A DNA stretch of 64,000 nt from an uncultured Thermoleophilia bacterium (GTDB lineage: Bacteria > Actinomycetota > Thermoleophilia > UBA2241), in NCBI GenBank assembly GCA_963702475.1, contig CAVPCT010000005.1:672001-736000 (forward strand), in the 5' to 3' direction. Positions 53,373 to 63,062 of this stretch are shown piece by piece (within the stretch, counting starts at the first letter, position 1; each line of letters opens with the position of its first letter). The translations under genes were made by a program, and so were the position numbers. The notes beneath the pieces were generated by a model, which made no database searches, was not told where the DNA came from, and saw nothing but the letters and a program-made list of their open reading frames with translations.

Positions 53373-55433
53373 TCACGCTCCCTCGTCGTCGATGACCGCG
53401 GGCTGAGCCGCGTGGGTGCGGGGAAGCTCCACGTGGAAGGTGGTGCCGCTCCCCGTCTCGGTGTCGAACCAGATGGTGCCGCTGTGCATCTTCACGATGC
53501 CGTAGCTGATGGGCAGCCCGAGGCCCGTGCCCTTGCCGATGCTCTTGGTGGTGAAGAACGGCTGGAAGACCTTGTCGCGGGCGCTCTGCGGGATGCCGTC
53601 GCCGTCGTCGCTCACGGCGAAGTGGATGCGGTCGCCCTCGGGCACCTCGCAGGCGCTCACGCGCACCGTGCCCTCTTTGCCCTCCATCGCCTCCACGCCG
53701 TTCTTGACGAGGTTCACGAGGACCTGCGTCATCTGGTCCTTGTCGAGGTCCGCCCGCAGGTCCGGAGCGACGTCCACGACGAACCGCACCGGGTGCCGGC
53801 TCGGAGGGGCTGTGGCGGCTGCGGCGTCCACCGCCTGCTGCACGACCTCCCGCACGTCGACGCTGTCGAACTGCACGCGGCTCTGCCGCGCGAAGTCGAG
53901 CAGGTTGCCGACGATCTTCTTGCAGCGATTGCTCTCCTCGGCCACGAGCTTGAGGTCGTGCTCGAGGTCCTCGCGGTCGGAGAGCTTCTTCCCGAGGATG
54001 TGCGTGTACAGGAGGATGGTGCTGAGCGGGTTGTTGAGCTCGTGCGCCACGCCCGCCGCCATCTGGCCCATCGAAGCCAGCTTCTCGGAGTTGATGATGT
54101 GGCGGTGGACCTCGCGCATCTCGCTCCAGGGGACGTTGAGCTCCATGCAGACGCGCTCGGCCTGGTCGATCATGAAGGGAAGGCACATGGCGTCCTCGGC
54201 CATGCCGCCGTGCACCGCGACGGCCTTGGCACGACAGGTCGGGTAGCCGCAGGCCCCGCAGTTGAGCTCGTCCTCAGGGAAGAACTTGTTGGTGCGCGCG
54301 AGGATCTCGCGGATCTCATCCTCGGTGGGCTCGGGCAGCCGCTGGTCGTCGGCGGTGAAGCGGCGGCCGAGGTCGAGGCCGGCGAAGCGGCCCGGCTGCG
54401 CCGGGCCGACCGCGCCGGCCTCCCCGGCGGGCTCAGGGGCGGCCGCGACGCCGGCCACCGTGCGGCACGCCGCCACGTACTCGCTGACCCGGCGCTTGCG
54501 CAGCAGGCCGGGCTCAGGCGAGCTGATGCCGGGCCCGCAGTAGCAGCCGCGACACATGAGCGCCTCGACGAGGAGCGGCCCCTCGCTGTCGACGTCCACG
54601 AGACTGTCCAGGACCTCGACGGTCTCGTCGTGACCGCTCACGACGAGCACCTCCGGGTCCAGCATGCCGCGGTCGAGCCCGGCGCTCTCGAGCAGCCCGC
54701 CGGGCAGCGGGAAGATGCGCGCCCTCCCCGCGGCCGGCGCATCCCAGGCCGCGGGCGCCGCCGATGCCGGGTCGGCGCCGCGCGCCGTGAGCAGCCGGTG
54801 TGCTTCGGGGAGCGTGAGCACCTCGTCGACCACGCCCAGCAGGGCCGGGTCACGCGCCTCCGCCTTCTTCGCCACACACGGCCCGACGAACACGCAGCGC
54901 ACGTCGTCGCCGTACAGGTCCTTGACCGCCAGGGCGGTCGCGACCATCGGCGACACCACGGGCACGAGGCGGTCGACCAGCTCCGGCACGTACTTGCGCA
55001 CGTACTCCGATACGGCCGGGCAGGTGGTCGCGATGTGCACGCCCTCCCCCTGCGCCTCGAGGTGTCGCACGTAGGCGTGACTCACCAGATCGGCGCCCTG
55101 GGCGACCTCGACAACATGGTCGAACCCGGCCGCCTTGAAGGCGCCGACCACCTGGCCGGCGGGCTCCGCGAAGCCCGCCGGAAACGACGGCGCCAGCAGC
55201 GCCGCGACCGGCGCCTGGCCCTCGAGCAGCTTCAGGGCCGTCTCCAGCCCGCTGAGGTAGGTCTTGGCGTTCTGCGAGCAGACGAGCGTGCAATTGCCGC
55301 AGGCGATGCAGCGGGACTCGACCACGAACGCCTGGCCGTCCTCGATACGGATGGCCTGGGCGGGACAGTCGCGCACGCACGTGTAGCAGCGCCGGCAGTT
55401 CTGCTTGATAGTGGTGATGATGGTGCCGCTCAT
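53373..55433 (-). CDS. Sensory [FeFe]-hydrogenase-like domain fused to a histidine kinase (group C1-like)
   Basis: 2x[4Fe-4S] ferredoxin, variant H-cluster motifs TTCPA, GPCVAKKAE, EALMCRGC, extra FeS domain CGACGYPTC..C, HELNNPL, N/G boxes. Confidence 0.85.
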   Translation of the reverse strand: MSGTIITTIKQNCRRCYTCVRDCPAQAIRIEDGQAFVVESRCIACGNCTLVCSQNAKTYLSGLETALKLLEGQAPVAALLAPSFPAGFAEPAGQVVGAFKAAGFDHVVEVAQGADLVSHAYVRHLEAQGEGVHIATTCPAVSEYVRKYVPELVDRLVPVVSPMVATALAVKDLYGDDVRCVFVGPCVAKKAEARDPALLGVVDEVLTLPEAHRLLTARGADPASAAPAAWDAPAAGRARIFPLPGGLLESAGLDRGMLDPEVLVVSGHDETVEVLDSLVDVDSEGPLLVEALMCRGCYCGPGISSPEPGLLRKRRVSEYVAACRTVAGVAAAPEPAGEAGAVGPAQPGRFAGLDLGRRFTADDQRLPEPTEDEIREILARTNKFFPEDELNCGACGYPTCRAKAVAVHGGMAEDAMCLPFMIDQAERVCMELNVPWSEMREVHRHIINSEKLASMGQMAAGVAHELNNPLSTILLYTHILGKKLSDREDLEHDLKLVAEESNRCKKIVGNLLDFARQSRVQFDSVDVREVVQQAVDAAAATAPPSRHPVRFVVDVAPDLRADLDKDQMTQVLVNLVKNGVEAMEGKEGTVRVSACEVPEGDRIHFAVSDDGDGIPQSARDKVFQPFFTTKSIGKGTGLGLPISYGIVKMHSGTIWFDTETGSGTTFHVELPRTHAAQPAVIDDEGA

Positions 55434-55444
55434 GGGGTCCCCCG

Positions 55445-57163
55445 TCAGACCGGCGCCGCCGTACGGCTGCGATCGGTGTACGCGCGGTGCAGAAGACGGT
55501 GCGAGACCTCGCTCAACGGCCGCCCGAGCAGGCCCTCGTAGAGCGCCTTCACGTCCGCGTTCTCGTGGGAGCGCCGGGACGGGGAGCGCCTGTCCACATC
55601 GTACAGGCGCTCCACCCGCCGGCGCACGTCCGCAGCGTCGGCGCCGTAGGGCTGGCCGCCGCCGCCCACACAGCCGCCGGGACAGCTCATCACCTCGACG
55701 AAGTGAAGGCCGGCGGCAGGGTCGACGAGCCCGTCGAGTGACCTCTTCAGGTTGCCGAGGCCGTCGACGACGGCCAGCTCCAGACGGGCGTCCCCGGCCG
55801 TCACCCTGAAGCGGCGCACGCCCTCACAGCCGCGGGCCTCGGCGACCTTGGGGTCGCCGGCATCGCCGGCCGCCCCGGCCAGCGCCGCCGCGGAGCGCAG
55901 CGCCGCCTCCATCACGCCGCCGCTGGCGGCGAAGAGACGGCCGGCGCCTGTCACCTCCGCGAACGGCGGGTCCAGCGGCGCCCGCTCGGTGCTCTGTGCG
56001 AAGTCCACACCGAAACGCCGCCACAGGTGCGCGAGCTCGCGCGTGGTCAGCACGAGATCGACGTCGCGCAGGTCGTCGGCCTCGGCCTTCTTGGCGGTGC
56101 ACGGCATCAGGGACACGACCACCAGCCGCTTGTCCCCCGTCCCCGCGTACGCCGGGTACATCTCGCGGATGAGCGCCCCGGCCATCTGCTGCGGGCTCTT
56201 GCAGGTGGAGAGATGCGGGATCAGCTCCGGATGCTGCGTCTCCACCCATCGCACCCACGCCGGGGAGCAGCTCGTGAACAGCGGCAGCGGGCCGCCGTTC
56301 TGCAGGCGGTCGAGCAGCTCCGCGGTCTCCTCCATCACCGTGAGGTCGGCGGCGAAGCCGGTGTCGAACACAGCGTCGAAGCCCACACGCTTGAGCGCCG
56401 CCGCGAGCCGCTCGAGCGTGGTCCGCACACCCTGGCTGCGGCTGTGCCCCTCCAGGAGCGTGGCCGGCACGGCCGGCGCCACCTGCGCGACCACCACGGT
56501 GTCGGGATCGGCCAGAGCGGCCACGACCTCGTCGACCTGGTCGCGCTCCACGAGCGCCCCGGTGGGGCACACGCGGGCGCACTGGCCACAGGACACGCAC
56601 ACACTCACGTTCAACCCGAGGCTGAACCCCGGCGCCACGCGCGTGGTGAACCCCCGGCCGCTGAAGTCGATCGCCCCCACGCCTTGCACCTCGTGGCACA
56701 TGGTGACGCAGCGCCCGCACAGCACACACTTGTTCGGGTCGCGCCACAGCGCCGGGGAGCTGACGTCCAAAGCGTGCTCCTTGACGGCGCCCACGAAGCG
56801 CCGGCGGCGCACGCCGAGGTCGCCGGCCAGCGCCGCCAGCTCGCAGGTGCCTTCACGCACGCAGGAGAGGCAGTCCTGCGGGTGCGCCGCCACGAGCAGC
56901 TCCAGGATCGCGCGCCGGGCCCTGAGGACACGCGGCGTGTGCGTGCGCACGACCATGCCCTCCTGCGCCTCGAGCGTGCAGCTCGTCACGAGGCGGGGCG
57001 AACCCTCGACCTCCACGACGCACAGCCGGCAGGACGCCGCCGGGCTGGGCGCCCACTCCAGGGAGCACAGGTGCGGGATCTCGATGCCCGCATGGGCCGC
57101 CGCCTTCAGGATGGTCTCGCCCTCCGCCGCTTCGATCGTCGTACCGTTGACGGTGAGTCTCAT
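55445..57163 (-). CDS. hydA: [FeFe]-hydrogenase catalytic subunit (trimeric, bifurcating type)
   Basis: [2Fe-2S], HxxxCxxC, 2x[4Fe-4S]; FTSCSPAW, MPCTAKKAE, EVMSCPGGCVGGGGQP. Confidence 0.93.
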   Translation of the reverse strand: MRLTVNGTTIEAAEGETILKAAAHAGIEIPHLCSLEWAPSPAASCRLCVVEVEGSPRLVTSCTLEAQEGMVVRTHTPRVLRARRAILELLVAAHPQDCLSCVREGTCELAALAGDLGVRRRRFVGAVKEHALDVSSPALWRDPNKCVLCGRCVTMCHEVQGVGAIDFSGRGFTTRVAPGFSLGLNVSVCVSCGQCARVCPTGALVERDQVDEVVAALADPDTVVVAQVAPAVPATLLEGHSRSQGVRTTLERLAAALKRVGFDAVFDTGFAADLTVMEETAELLDRLQNGGPLPLFTSCSPAWVRWVETQHPELIPHLSTCKSPQQMAGALIREMYPAYAGTGDKRLVVVSLMPCTAKKAEADDLRDVDLVLTTRELAHLWRRFGVDFAQSTERAPLDPPFAEVTGAGRLFAASGGVMEAALRSAAALAGAAGDAGDPKVAEARGCEGVRRFRVTAGDARLELAVVDGLGNLKRSLDGLVDPAAGLHFVEVMSCPGGCVGGGGQPYGADAADVRRRVERLYDVDRRSPSRRSHENADVKALYEGLLGRPLSEVSHRLLHRAYTDRSRTAAPV

Positions 57164-57174
57164 GGTCACTCCTC

Positions 57175-59170
57175 TCAGGCCACGGCCAGCACGGCGCGGC
57201 GGGGGCAGGCGTCGGCGCAGGCGCCGCAGCCGGTGCAGCGGTCGACGATGATGGAGTGGGCGAACTTGCGCTTGCCGATGATCGCCTCGCCCGGGCAGTT
57301 GCGCGCACAGAGCGCGCAGCCGTTGCAGAGCTCGGCGTCGATGTCGAACACGCGCAGACCGGTGCAAGCGCCCGCCGGGCATGAGCTCTCCATGATGTGG
57401 GCTTCGTACTCGTCACGGAAGAAGCGCAGCGTGCTCAGGACCGGGTTCGCGGCGGACTGGCCGAGGCCACACAGCGAGGTCTCCTTGACCGTCTCGGCGA
57501 GCTCCTCGAGGTGCAGGATGCCGCGGAAGCGTTCCAGCCGCCGCTGCTCGTCGCCCACGGGACGCTCGGTGAGCTCGGTGAGGATCTCGAGCATGCGTGT
57601 GGTGCCCTCACGGCAGGGCACGCACTTGCCGCAGCTCTCGTTGCGGATGAACTCCATGAAGAACTTGGCCACGTCGACCATACACGAGCGCTCGTCCATC
57701 ACGACCATGCCGCCGGACCCCATCATCGCGCCGAGCTCCTGCAGCGTGCCGTAGTCGATGGGCACGTCAAGCAGGTCGTCCGGGATGCAGCCGCCGCTGG
57801 GCCCGCCGATCTGCACGGCCTTGATGGCGTGCCCCTCCGGGGCTCCGCCGCCGATGTCGTAGACGACCTCGCTCAGGGGCGTGCCGACGGGCACCTCCAC
57901 GAGGCCCGTGTTCCGCACGCGTCCGGAGAGGGCGAAGACCTTGGTACCGGCGGCCTCGTCCAGACCCAGATCGCGGAACCACGCCGCGCCGCGGCCGATC
58001 ACCGCCGGCACGTTGGCGAGCGTCTCGACGTTGTTCAGCACGGTCGGCCGCCCGTGCAGGCCGGCCACGGCGGGATAGGGCGGGCGAGGACGCGGCATGC
58101 CGCGCCCGCCCTCGATGCTCGCCAGGATGGCCGTCTCCTCGCCGCACACGAAGGCGCCGGCGCCCTTCTTGATGGTGATGTCGAAGTCCACGAGGCTGCC
58201 CAGGATGTCGCGCCCGAGCAGTCCGGCGAGCCGGCACTGGTGGATGGCCTCCGCGAGCCGCTCGATGGCGAGCGGGTACTCGGCGCGGCAGTACACGTAG
58301 CCTCTGGTGGCGCCGATGGCGTAGGCCGCGATGAGCATGCCCTCGATCACGCGAAAGGGGTCGCTCTCGAGGACGGCCCGGTCCATGAACGCGCCCGGGT
58401 CGCCCTCATCGGCGTTGCAGATGAGGTACTTCTGGGCGCGCGGCTGTTCCAGGGCCACCTTCCACTTGCGCCCCGTCGGGAAGCCGGCGCCGCCGCGGCC
58501 GCGCAGACCGGAGTCAATGACCTCGTCGCAGACCTCCTCGGGCGTCATGCCGGTGAGCGCCTCGGCGGCGGCGCGAAAAGCACCGGCCGCCAGAGCCGCG
58601 TCGAGGCTGGCGGGGTCGACGACGCCGCAGCTCTCCAGCACCACCCGGGTCTGGCGCGCAAAGAACGGCGTATCGCGCAGAAGCGGCACGTCAGGGAACA
58701 GGTCCTCGGGATCGTCGTACTTGCCCAGCAGAAAGCGGTTGCGAAGATCGCCGCGCGCGAACACGGCGTCGAGGAGCTCGGTGACGTTGCCCGGTGCCGA
58801 GGTCGCAGTAGCTCAGCCGCACGCCGTCGGCCGTGACCAGGTCCACGAACACCTCGCGCTGACAGAAGCCGACACAACCGGTCTCGAGGATGCGCACCGG
58901 CAGCAGGCGGCTCTCGACGTAGTCGGTGATCTGCGCGATCACGTCGAGGGCGCCGTTGGCGCGCCCGCAGGTCCCGGCGCCCACGTACAACGCGAGTCCG
59001 CCGCCCCCGCGCGCGACGCGCGCGAGCCGGGCGGCGCGCTCCTCCCGGCAGACGTCGTCGTCGTGGCACAGCGGCCCGCGCGTCAGGCAGTCGATCACGT
59101 CAACGCACGGCGACGACGGCGTGTGCCTGCAGCGCGGACAGCACGGCTTCATGAGGAGGTTCTCGTTCAT
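57175..59170 (-). CDS. hydB: NuoF-like FMN/NAD-binding diaphorase subunit, frameshifted near 58790
   Basis: Thioredoxin-like FeS domain (GTCG..GCVGFC), SGLRGRGGAGFPTG, NADEGDPGAFMDR, GAGAFVCGEET, ESCGKCVPC, C-terminal 2x[4Fe-4S]. Confidence 0.88.
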
Positions 59171-59227
59171 CGACGTCTCGTTTCTCCGTGGTGCGGTGTC
59201 AGGCCCGGGGAGGGCGCCGGATGGCCG

Positions 59228-59761
59228 TCAGGCCGCGGCCGCGGCGCCGGTCTCGATCTCGTCCAGCAGGGCGTCCAGCTTGTCGGTGGTCAGGTGGCCG
59301 TAGAACTCGCCGTCGAGCTTGATCACGGGCGCGATCGAGCAAGCGCCCAGGCAGGCCACGCTGATGACCGTGAAGCGACCGTCGGCCGAGTTGCCGTCGG
59401 GGCGCAGCTTCAGGCGCCGCTGCAGGTGACGTGCGAGCTCGAGGCTCTGCTTCACGTGGCAGGCCGTACCGCGGCACAACTCGACGACGTGTTCGCCCAG
59501 TGGCGCGAAGCGGAACTGGTTGTAGAACGTGGCCACGCCGTACACGCGGCTCACCGGCGTGTCCAGCGCCTCGGCCACCAGCGTCATGGCCTCGGCCGAC
59601 ACGAACCCCTCGGCCTCCTGGATCTCCTGCAGAAGGGGGATCAGGTGGTCGCGGTCCAGGCTGGGCCCGCGCTCCTCGATCACGGCCGCGGCGGGAGTCA
59701 CCCGCGCCGCCTCGGCGCCGGCCTCGGCTGCGGGGCTTGGCGGCGCCTTGACAAGCGCCAC
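59228..59761 (-). CDS. hydC: NuoE-like [2Fe-2S] subunit
   Basis: LIPLLQEIQ, YGVATFY, CRGTACH, CLGAC. Confidence 0.92.
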   Translation of the reverse strand: MALVKAPPSPAAEAGAEAARVTPAAAVIEERGPSLDRDHLIPLLQEIQEAEGFVSAEAMTLVAEALDTPVSRVYGVATFYNQFRFAPLGEHVVELCRGTACHVKQSLELARHLQRRLKLRPDGNSADGRFTVISVACLGACSIAPVIKLDGEFYGHLTTDKLDALLDEIETGAAAAA

Positions 59762-59762
59762 G

Positions 59763-60182
59763 TCACACCTCCGCGGCCGCCGCGGGCTCCTCCGCGAGCA
59801 GCTCTGCGATGGCGTCGGCCAACACTGCCAGCTTGACCGGCTTCTCGAAGAACTTCGCCGCCGGCCATTCGCGGTACATCATCGGCTCGAAGATGTGCGT
59901 CTTGGTGTCGAGTTCCTTCGTGAACCCGCTCATGATGATGACGGGGATGGCCTTGGTGCGCTCGTCCTCGCGCAGGTTGTGGGCCAGATTGAAGCCCTCT
60001 GTGTCGTAATCCATCATGATGTCGAGCACCGCCAGATCCGGCAGGCGCTCGTCCAGCCGTTCGCGGGCCTCGACGCCACTGTGGGCCGTGTCCACCTCGT
60101 AGCCGCGCGCCTCCAGGTAGGTCCGCACCGACAGCACCAGGTCACGGTCGTCGTCGACCAGCAGGATCCTCTTCGCCTTCAT
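59763..60182 (-). CDS. Stand-alone response regulator receiver, first gene of the hyd operon
   Basis: LVDDD, LDIMMD, IMSG, EKPV; aaggaggag RBS. Confidence 0.88.
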   Translation of the reverse strand: MKAKRILLVDDDRDLVLSVRTYLEARGYEVDTAHSGVEARERLDERLPDLAVLDIMMDYDTEGFNLAHNLREDERTKAIPVIIMSGFTKELDTKTHIFEPMMYREWPAAKFFEKPVKLAVLADAIAELLAEEPAAAAEV

Positions 60183-60249
60183 CTCGCTCCTCCTTCGGGA
60201 GAGGGACCGCCGGCTACGTCCGGCACAGGTCCCATAGTTACCGCGTTCA

Positions 60250-60267
60250 CAGTGAATGAGTTCACAG
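60250..60267. promoter_or_regulatory. Rex operator upstream of the hyd operon
   Basis: cagtgaa-tgag-ttcacag fits TTGTGAA-N4-TTCACAA; a further ttcaca half-site is adjacent. Confidence 0.7.
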
Positions 60268-60312
60268 TAGACTCGAAAAAAACGCCCTCCTTTCTCCTCC
60301 AGATGCCAGCGC

Positions 60313-61041
60313 TCACCCCGCGCCTCCGTCCGCCGGCGCCCGGTTCGGCGCCCCCGACGACCGCACCAGGAATGACAGCAGCTCGAGCCTGGCCGTGATG
60401 TCGGTATGCTCGACAAAACAGCCGGCGGGCGCCTTGACGAACTTGGGCACGAAGTTCAGGAGCGCCCGCACTCCGCTGCCGGAGATGCGATCGACCAGCG
60501 CCTGCAGGCCCTCAGTCCGCGTGGCGAGCACGGCCATGCGCACCTCGAACTCCCGCAGCACGGTCTCAAGCTCGTTGACGTGGTAGCACCGCCGGCCGGC
60601 GAACACCCGGCCGACCTTGGCGGGATCGACGTCGAAGGCCACGGCGATGTGGAATCCGCGCTCCTCGAAGCCCCGGTACGAGAGCAGGGCGCGCCCTAGA
60701 TCCCCGACCCCGAACAGCGCCACGGGCTGTGTCTCGTTGGTGCCGAGGATCCGCCCTATCGTGCGGCTCATCTCATAGACGTTGTAGCCGCGGGCGATGT
60801 TGCCGAAGGTGCCGAAACTGGAGAGGTCGCGGCGAAGCTGTGCGGGCGTCACACTGACAAGGTCGGCGAGCTGCTGTGAGTGGACGTACTCGACCCCGTC
60901 GCGATCCAGTTCCTCGAGCGCCTTGCGGTACACGCTGAGGCGCTCGACGGTCTGCAGGGAGACATGCTTCTCGGGCCGGGGGCGTACCACACCGGCCACG
61001 GGATCAACCGCGCCAATCTGTGCTTCATCGTGCTCGTCCAC
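60313..61041 (-). CDS. rex: Redox-sensing transcriptional repressor
   Basis: RLSVYR, SQQLA, QLRRDLSSFG..G..GY, GVGDLGRAL, AFDVDP.KVG, LNFVP. Confidence 0.92.
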   Translation of the reverse strand: MDEHDEAQIGAVDPVAGVVRPRPEKHVSLQTVERLSVYRKALEELDRDGVEYVHSQQLADLVSVTPAQLRRDLSSFGTFGNIARGYNVYEMSRTIGRILGTNETQPVALFGVGDLGRALLSYRGFEERGFHIAVAFDVDPAKVGRVFAGRRCYHVNELETVLREFEVRMAVLATRTEGLQALVDRISGSGVRALLNFVPKFVKAPAGCFVEHTDITARLELLSFLVRSSGAPNRAPADGGAG

Positions 61042-61063
61042 CGTTCCCTCCGGCTCCAGTCAG

Positions 61064-61098
61064 CTGTGATTCTATTCACAGAAGGGCGCGCCAGTCAA
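61064..61098 (-). promoter_or_regulatory. rex promoter overlapped by a Rex operator (autoregulation)
   Basis: TTGACT-N18-TAGAAT on the minus strand; ctgtgat-tcta-ttcacag at 61064-61081 covers the -10. Confidence 0.75.
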
Positions 61099-61204
61099 GT
61101 GACGGGTGTCGCGGCAACGCCGGGGAACTCATGTGCGGAGGAGCGTGGGGCCGTCACGCATGCCTCGCAGGCGGGCAGCGACGGACGGCGGCCGTTGCTG
61201 CGGA

Positions 61205-62089
61205 TCAGCGGCCCAGCGCCGCCGCCAGCGCCGCGATCGATTCCGGCGGCGTCCCGCAGCAGCCGCCGACGATCACGGCGCCGAGGACGGGGAAGCGCGA
61301 GACGACGGCGGCGAAGTGCTCCGGCGTCTCACCGTACACCGTCCTGCCCGCCTCCAGGCGCGGCTGGCCGGCATTGGGCTGCGCGATGGTGCGCCCCCCG
61401 TTGAGCTCGGCGAGCAGCGGCACGAGCTCCTCCATGGGCTCGGCCGAGATCTCGCAGTTGCAGCCCACGAGCGCCGCGCCGGCGTCGCGCAGAGCGGCTA
61501 CCGCGGTGGCCGGGTCCACGCCCATCATGGTGCGGAAACCCCTGGGCGACGGCTTGAATGCCAGGCTGGCCAGCACCGGCCGCCCATCGGCCGCGGAGAC
61601 GGCGGCCTCAACGGCCATGCGCGCCTCGGTGAGGTCGAACATGGTCTCGATGTTCAGCAGGTCGGCACCGCCGCGCAGCAGGGCCTGCGCCTGCTCGAAG
61701 TAGGACACGCGCACGGCCTCGGGATCGGTGTCGCCCATGGGCCTGAGCATCTTGCCGCTGGGGCCCATGTCGCCGGCGACCCAGCGGCCGGGGAACTCGC
61801 GGTCGCGCACGCCGGCCGCCAGACGCGCGCCGGCCTCGTTGAGCTCGACGGCGCGGTCCTGCAGACCGTGCGCCTCGAGCCGCAGCGACGATCCGCCGAA
61901 GGTGTTGGTGTTCACCACGTCCGAACCGGCAGCGTAGAAGCTGCGGTGGATGTCCTCCACCTCCGCCGGGTGCGACACGTTCCACTCCTCGGGGCACTCC
62001 CCCGCGGCGAAGCCGCGCTGCATCAGGGCGAGGCCGAGGCCACCGTCCAGAAGGAGCGTGCGTGTGGCTGTGAGAGCGTCGAGATCCAC
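61205..62089 (-). CDS. Homocysteine S-methyltransferase domain protein (MetH N-terminal-like)
   Basis: LDGGLG, NTNTFG, GDMGP, IETM, GCNC, PNAG, GGCCGT. Confidence 0.88.
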   Translation of the reverse strand: MDLDALTATRTLLLDGGLGLALMQRGFAAGECPEEWNVSHPAEVEDIHRSFYAAGSDVVNTNTFGGSSLRLEAHGLQDRAVELNEAGARLAAGVRDREFPGRWVAGDMGPSGKMLRPMGDTDPEAVRVSYFEQAQALLRGGADLLNIETMFDLTEARMAVEAAVSAADGRPVLASLAFKPSPRGFRTMMGVDPATAVAALRDAGAALVGCNCEISAEPMEELVPLLAELNGGRTIAQPNAGQPRLEAGRTVYGETPEHFAAVVSRFPVLGAVIVGGCCGTPPESIAALAAALGR

Positions 62090-62108
62090 GCTGCGAGTGT
62101 AGCAGGCC

Positions 62109-62963
62109 TCAGCCCGCGGCCGCGATCTCGCGCACGAGCCTGTCGGCCTCGCGACGGGGCACGCCGAGACAGAGGTGCAGGGCCGCTGCGGCGTCGCGCC
62201 GCGACAGGCCGCGGCCGAGCAGCGCCTCGGCCGCCGCGCGCGCCTGCGGCCGCGCGGCCGCCGCCTCGTCGATGGCCGGCCCCAGGTCGAGGACGAGCGC
62301 GATCTCCCCACGGACCGTCCCCAGCCGACCCATCTCAGGACCGGGGACGGAGTAGTGCTCGCTCAGCTCCTGAAGGGTGCCGCGCACGACCTCCTCGTGG
62401 ACCTTGGTGAGCTCGCGACACACGGCGGCGCGCGCCTGCGGCAGCGCCGACGCCAGCGCCTGGAGACTGTGGCTCAGACGCACGGCCGTGTCGAAGGCCA
62501 CCACCAGGCCGCCGCAGCGCCGCCACTCCTGCAGCGCCGCCTTCACGTCGCGCGGGCGGCGCGGCAGGTAGCCCACAAAGCGGAATCCCTCACCATCGAA
62601 CGCCGCCGCGACGAGCGCCGTGAGCACCGCGGACGGCCCGGGCAGCACCGTGAACGGCAGATCCTCGGCGGCCACGCGGGCGATCAGCCGCAGGCCGGGG
62701 TCCTGCACGCCAGGCATCCCGGCGTCGGTGACGAGGGCGACGTCGCGGCCGTCGCGCAACGCCTGGAGCACGTCCTCTGTCTTGCGCGCCTCGTTGTGCT
62801 CGAACAGGCTCGTCAACGGCACGTGGATGTCGAAGTGGCTGAGCAGCTTGCGGGTGCGCCGCGTGTCCTCGGCCGCGACCAGGTCGACCGCGCGCAGCGC
62901 ATCGAGGACGCGGGGCGTGATGTCGCCGAGGTTGCCGATCGGCGTCGCGCACACGTACAGCAT
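62109..62963 (-). CDS. rsmI: 16S rRNA C1402 2'-O-methyltransferase
   Basis: LYVCATPIGNLGDIT, EDTRRT, DAGMP..DPG, PGPSA, RELTKVHEE. Confidence 0.95.
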   Translation of the reverse strand: MLYVCATPIGNLGDITPRVLDALRAVDLVAAEDTRRTRKLLSHFDIHVPLTSLFEHNEARKTEDVLQALRDGRDVALVTDAGMPGVQDPGLRLIARVAAEDLPFTVLPGPSAVLTALVAAAFDGEGFRFVGYLPRRPRDVKAALQEWRRCGGLVVAFDTAVRLSHSLQALASALPQARAAVCRELTKVHEEVVRGTLQELSEHYSVPGPEMGRLGTVRGEIALVLDLGPAIDEAAAARPQARAAAEALLGRGLSRRDAAAALHLCLGVPRREADRLVREIAAAG

Positions 62964-63062
62964 CCGGAACACCTCCCTACCGCGTTCACCCCATTCTGTC
63001 AGCGCCGGCGCGTCGGCACGACCCGTTTGCGGAATGCTCTGGGTGACGGAAGAGGGGGGACC

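Noticed and set aside
57175-59761. Complex I nuoEF genes
   Set aside because: The adjacent subunit has full H-cluster motifs and no other nuo genes are present, so these are hydBC
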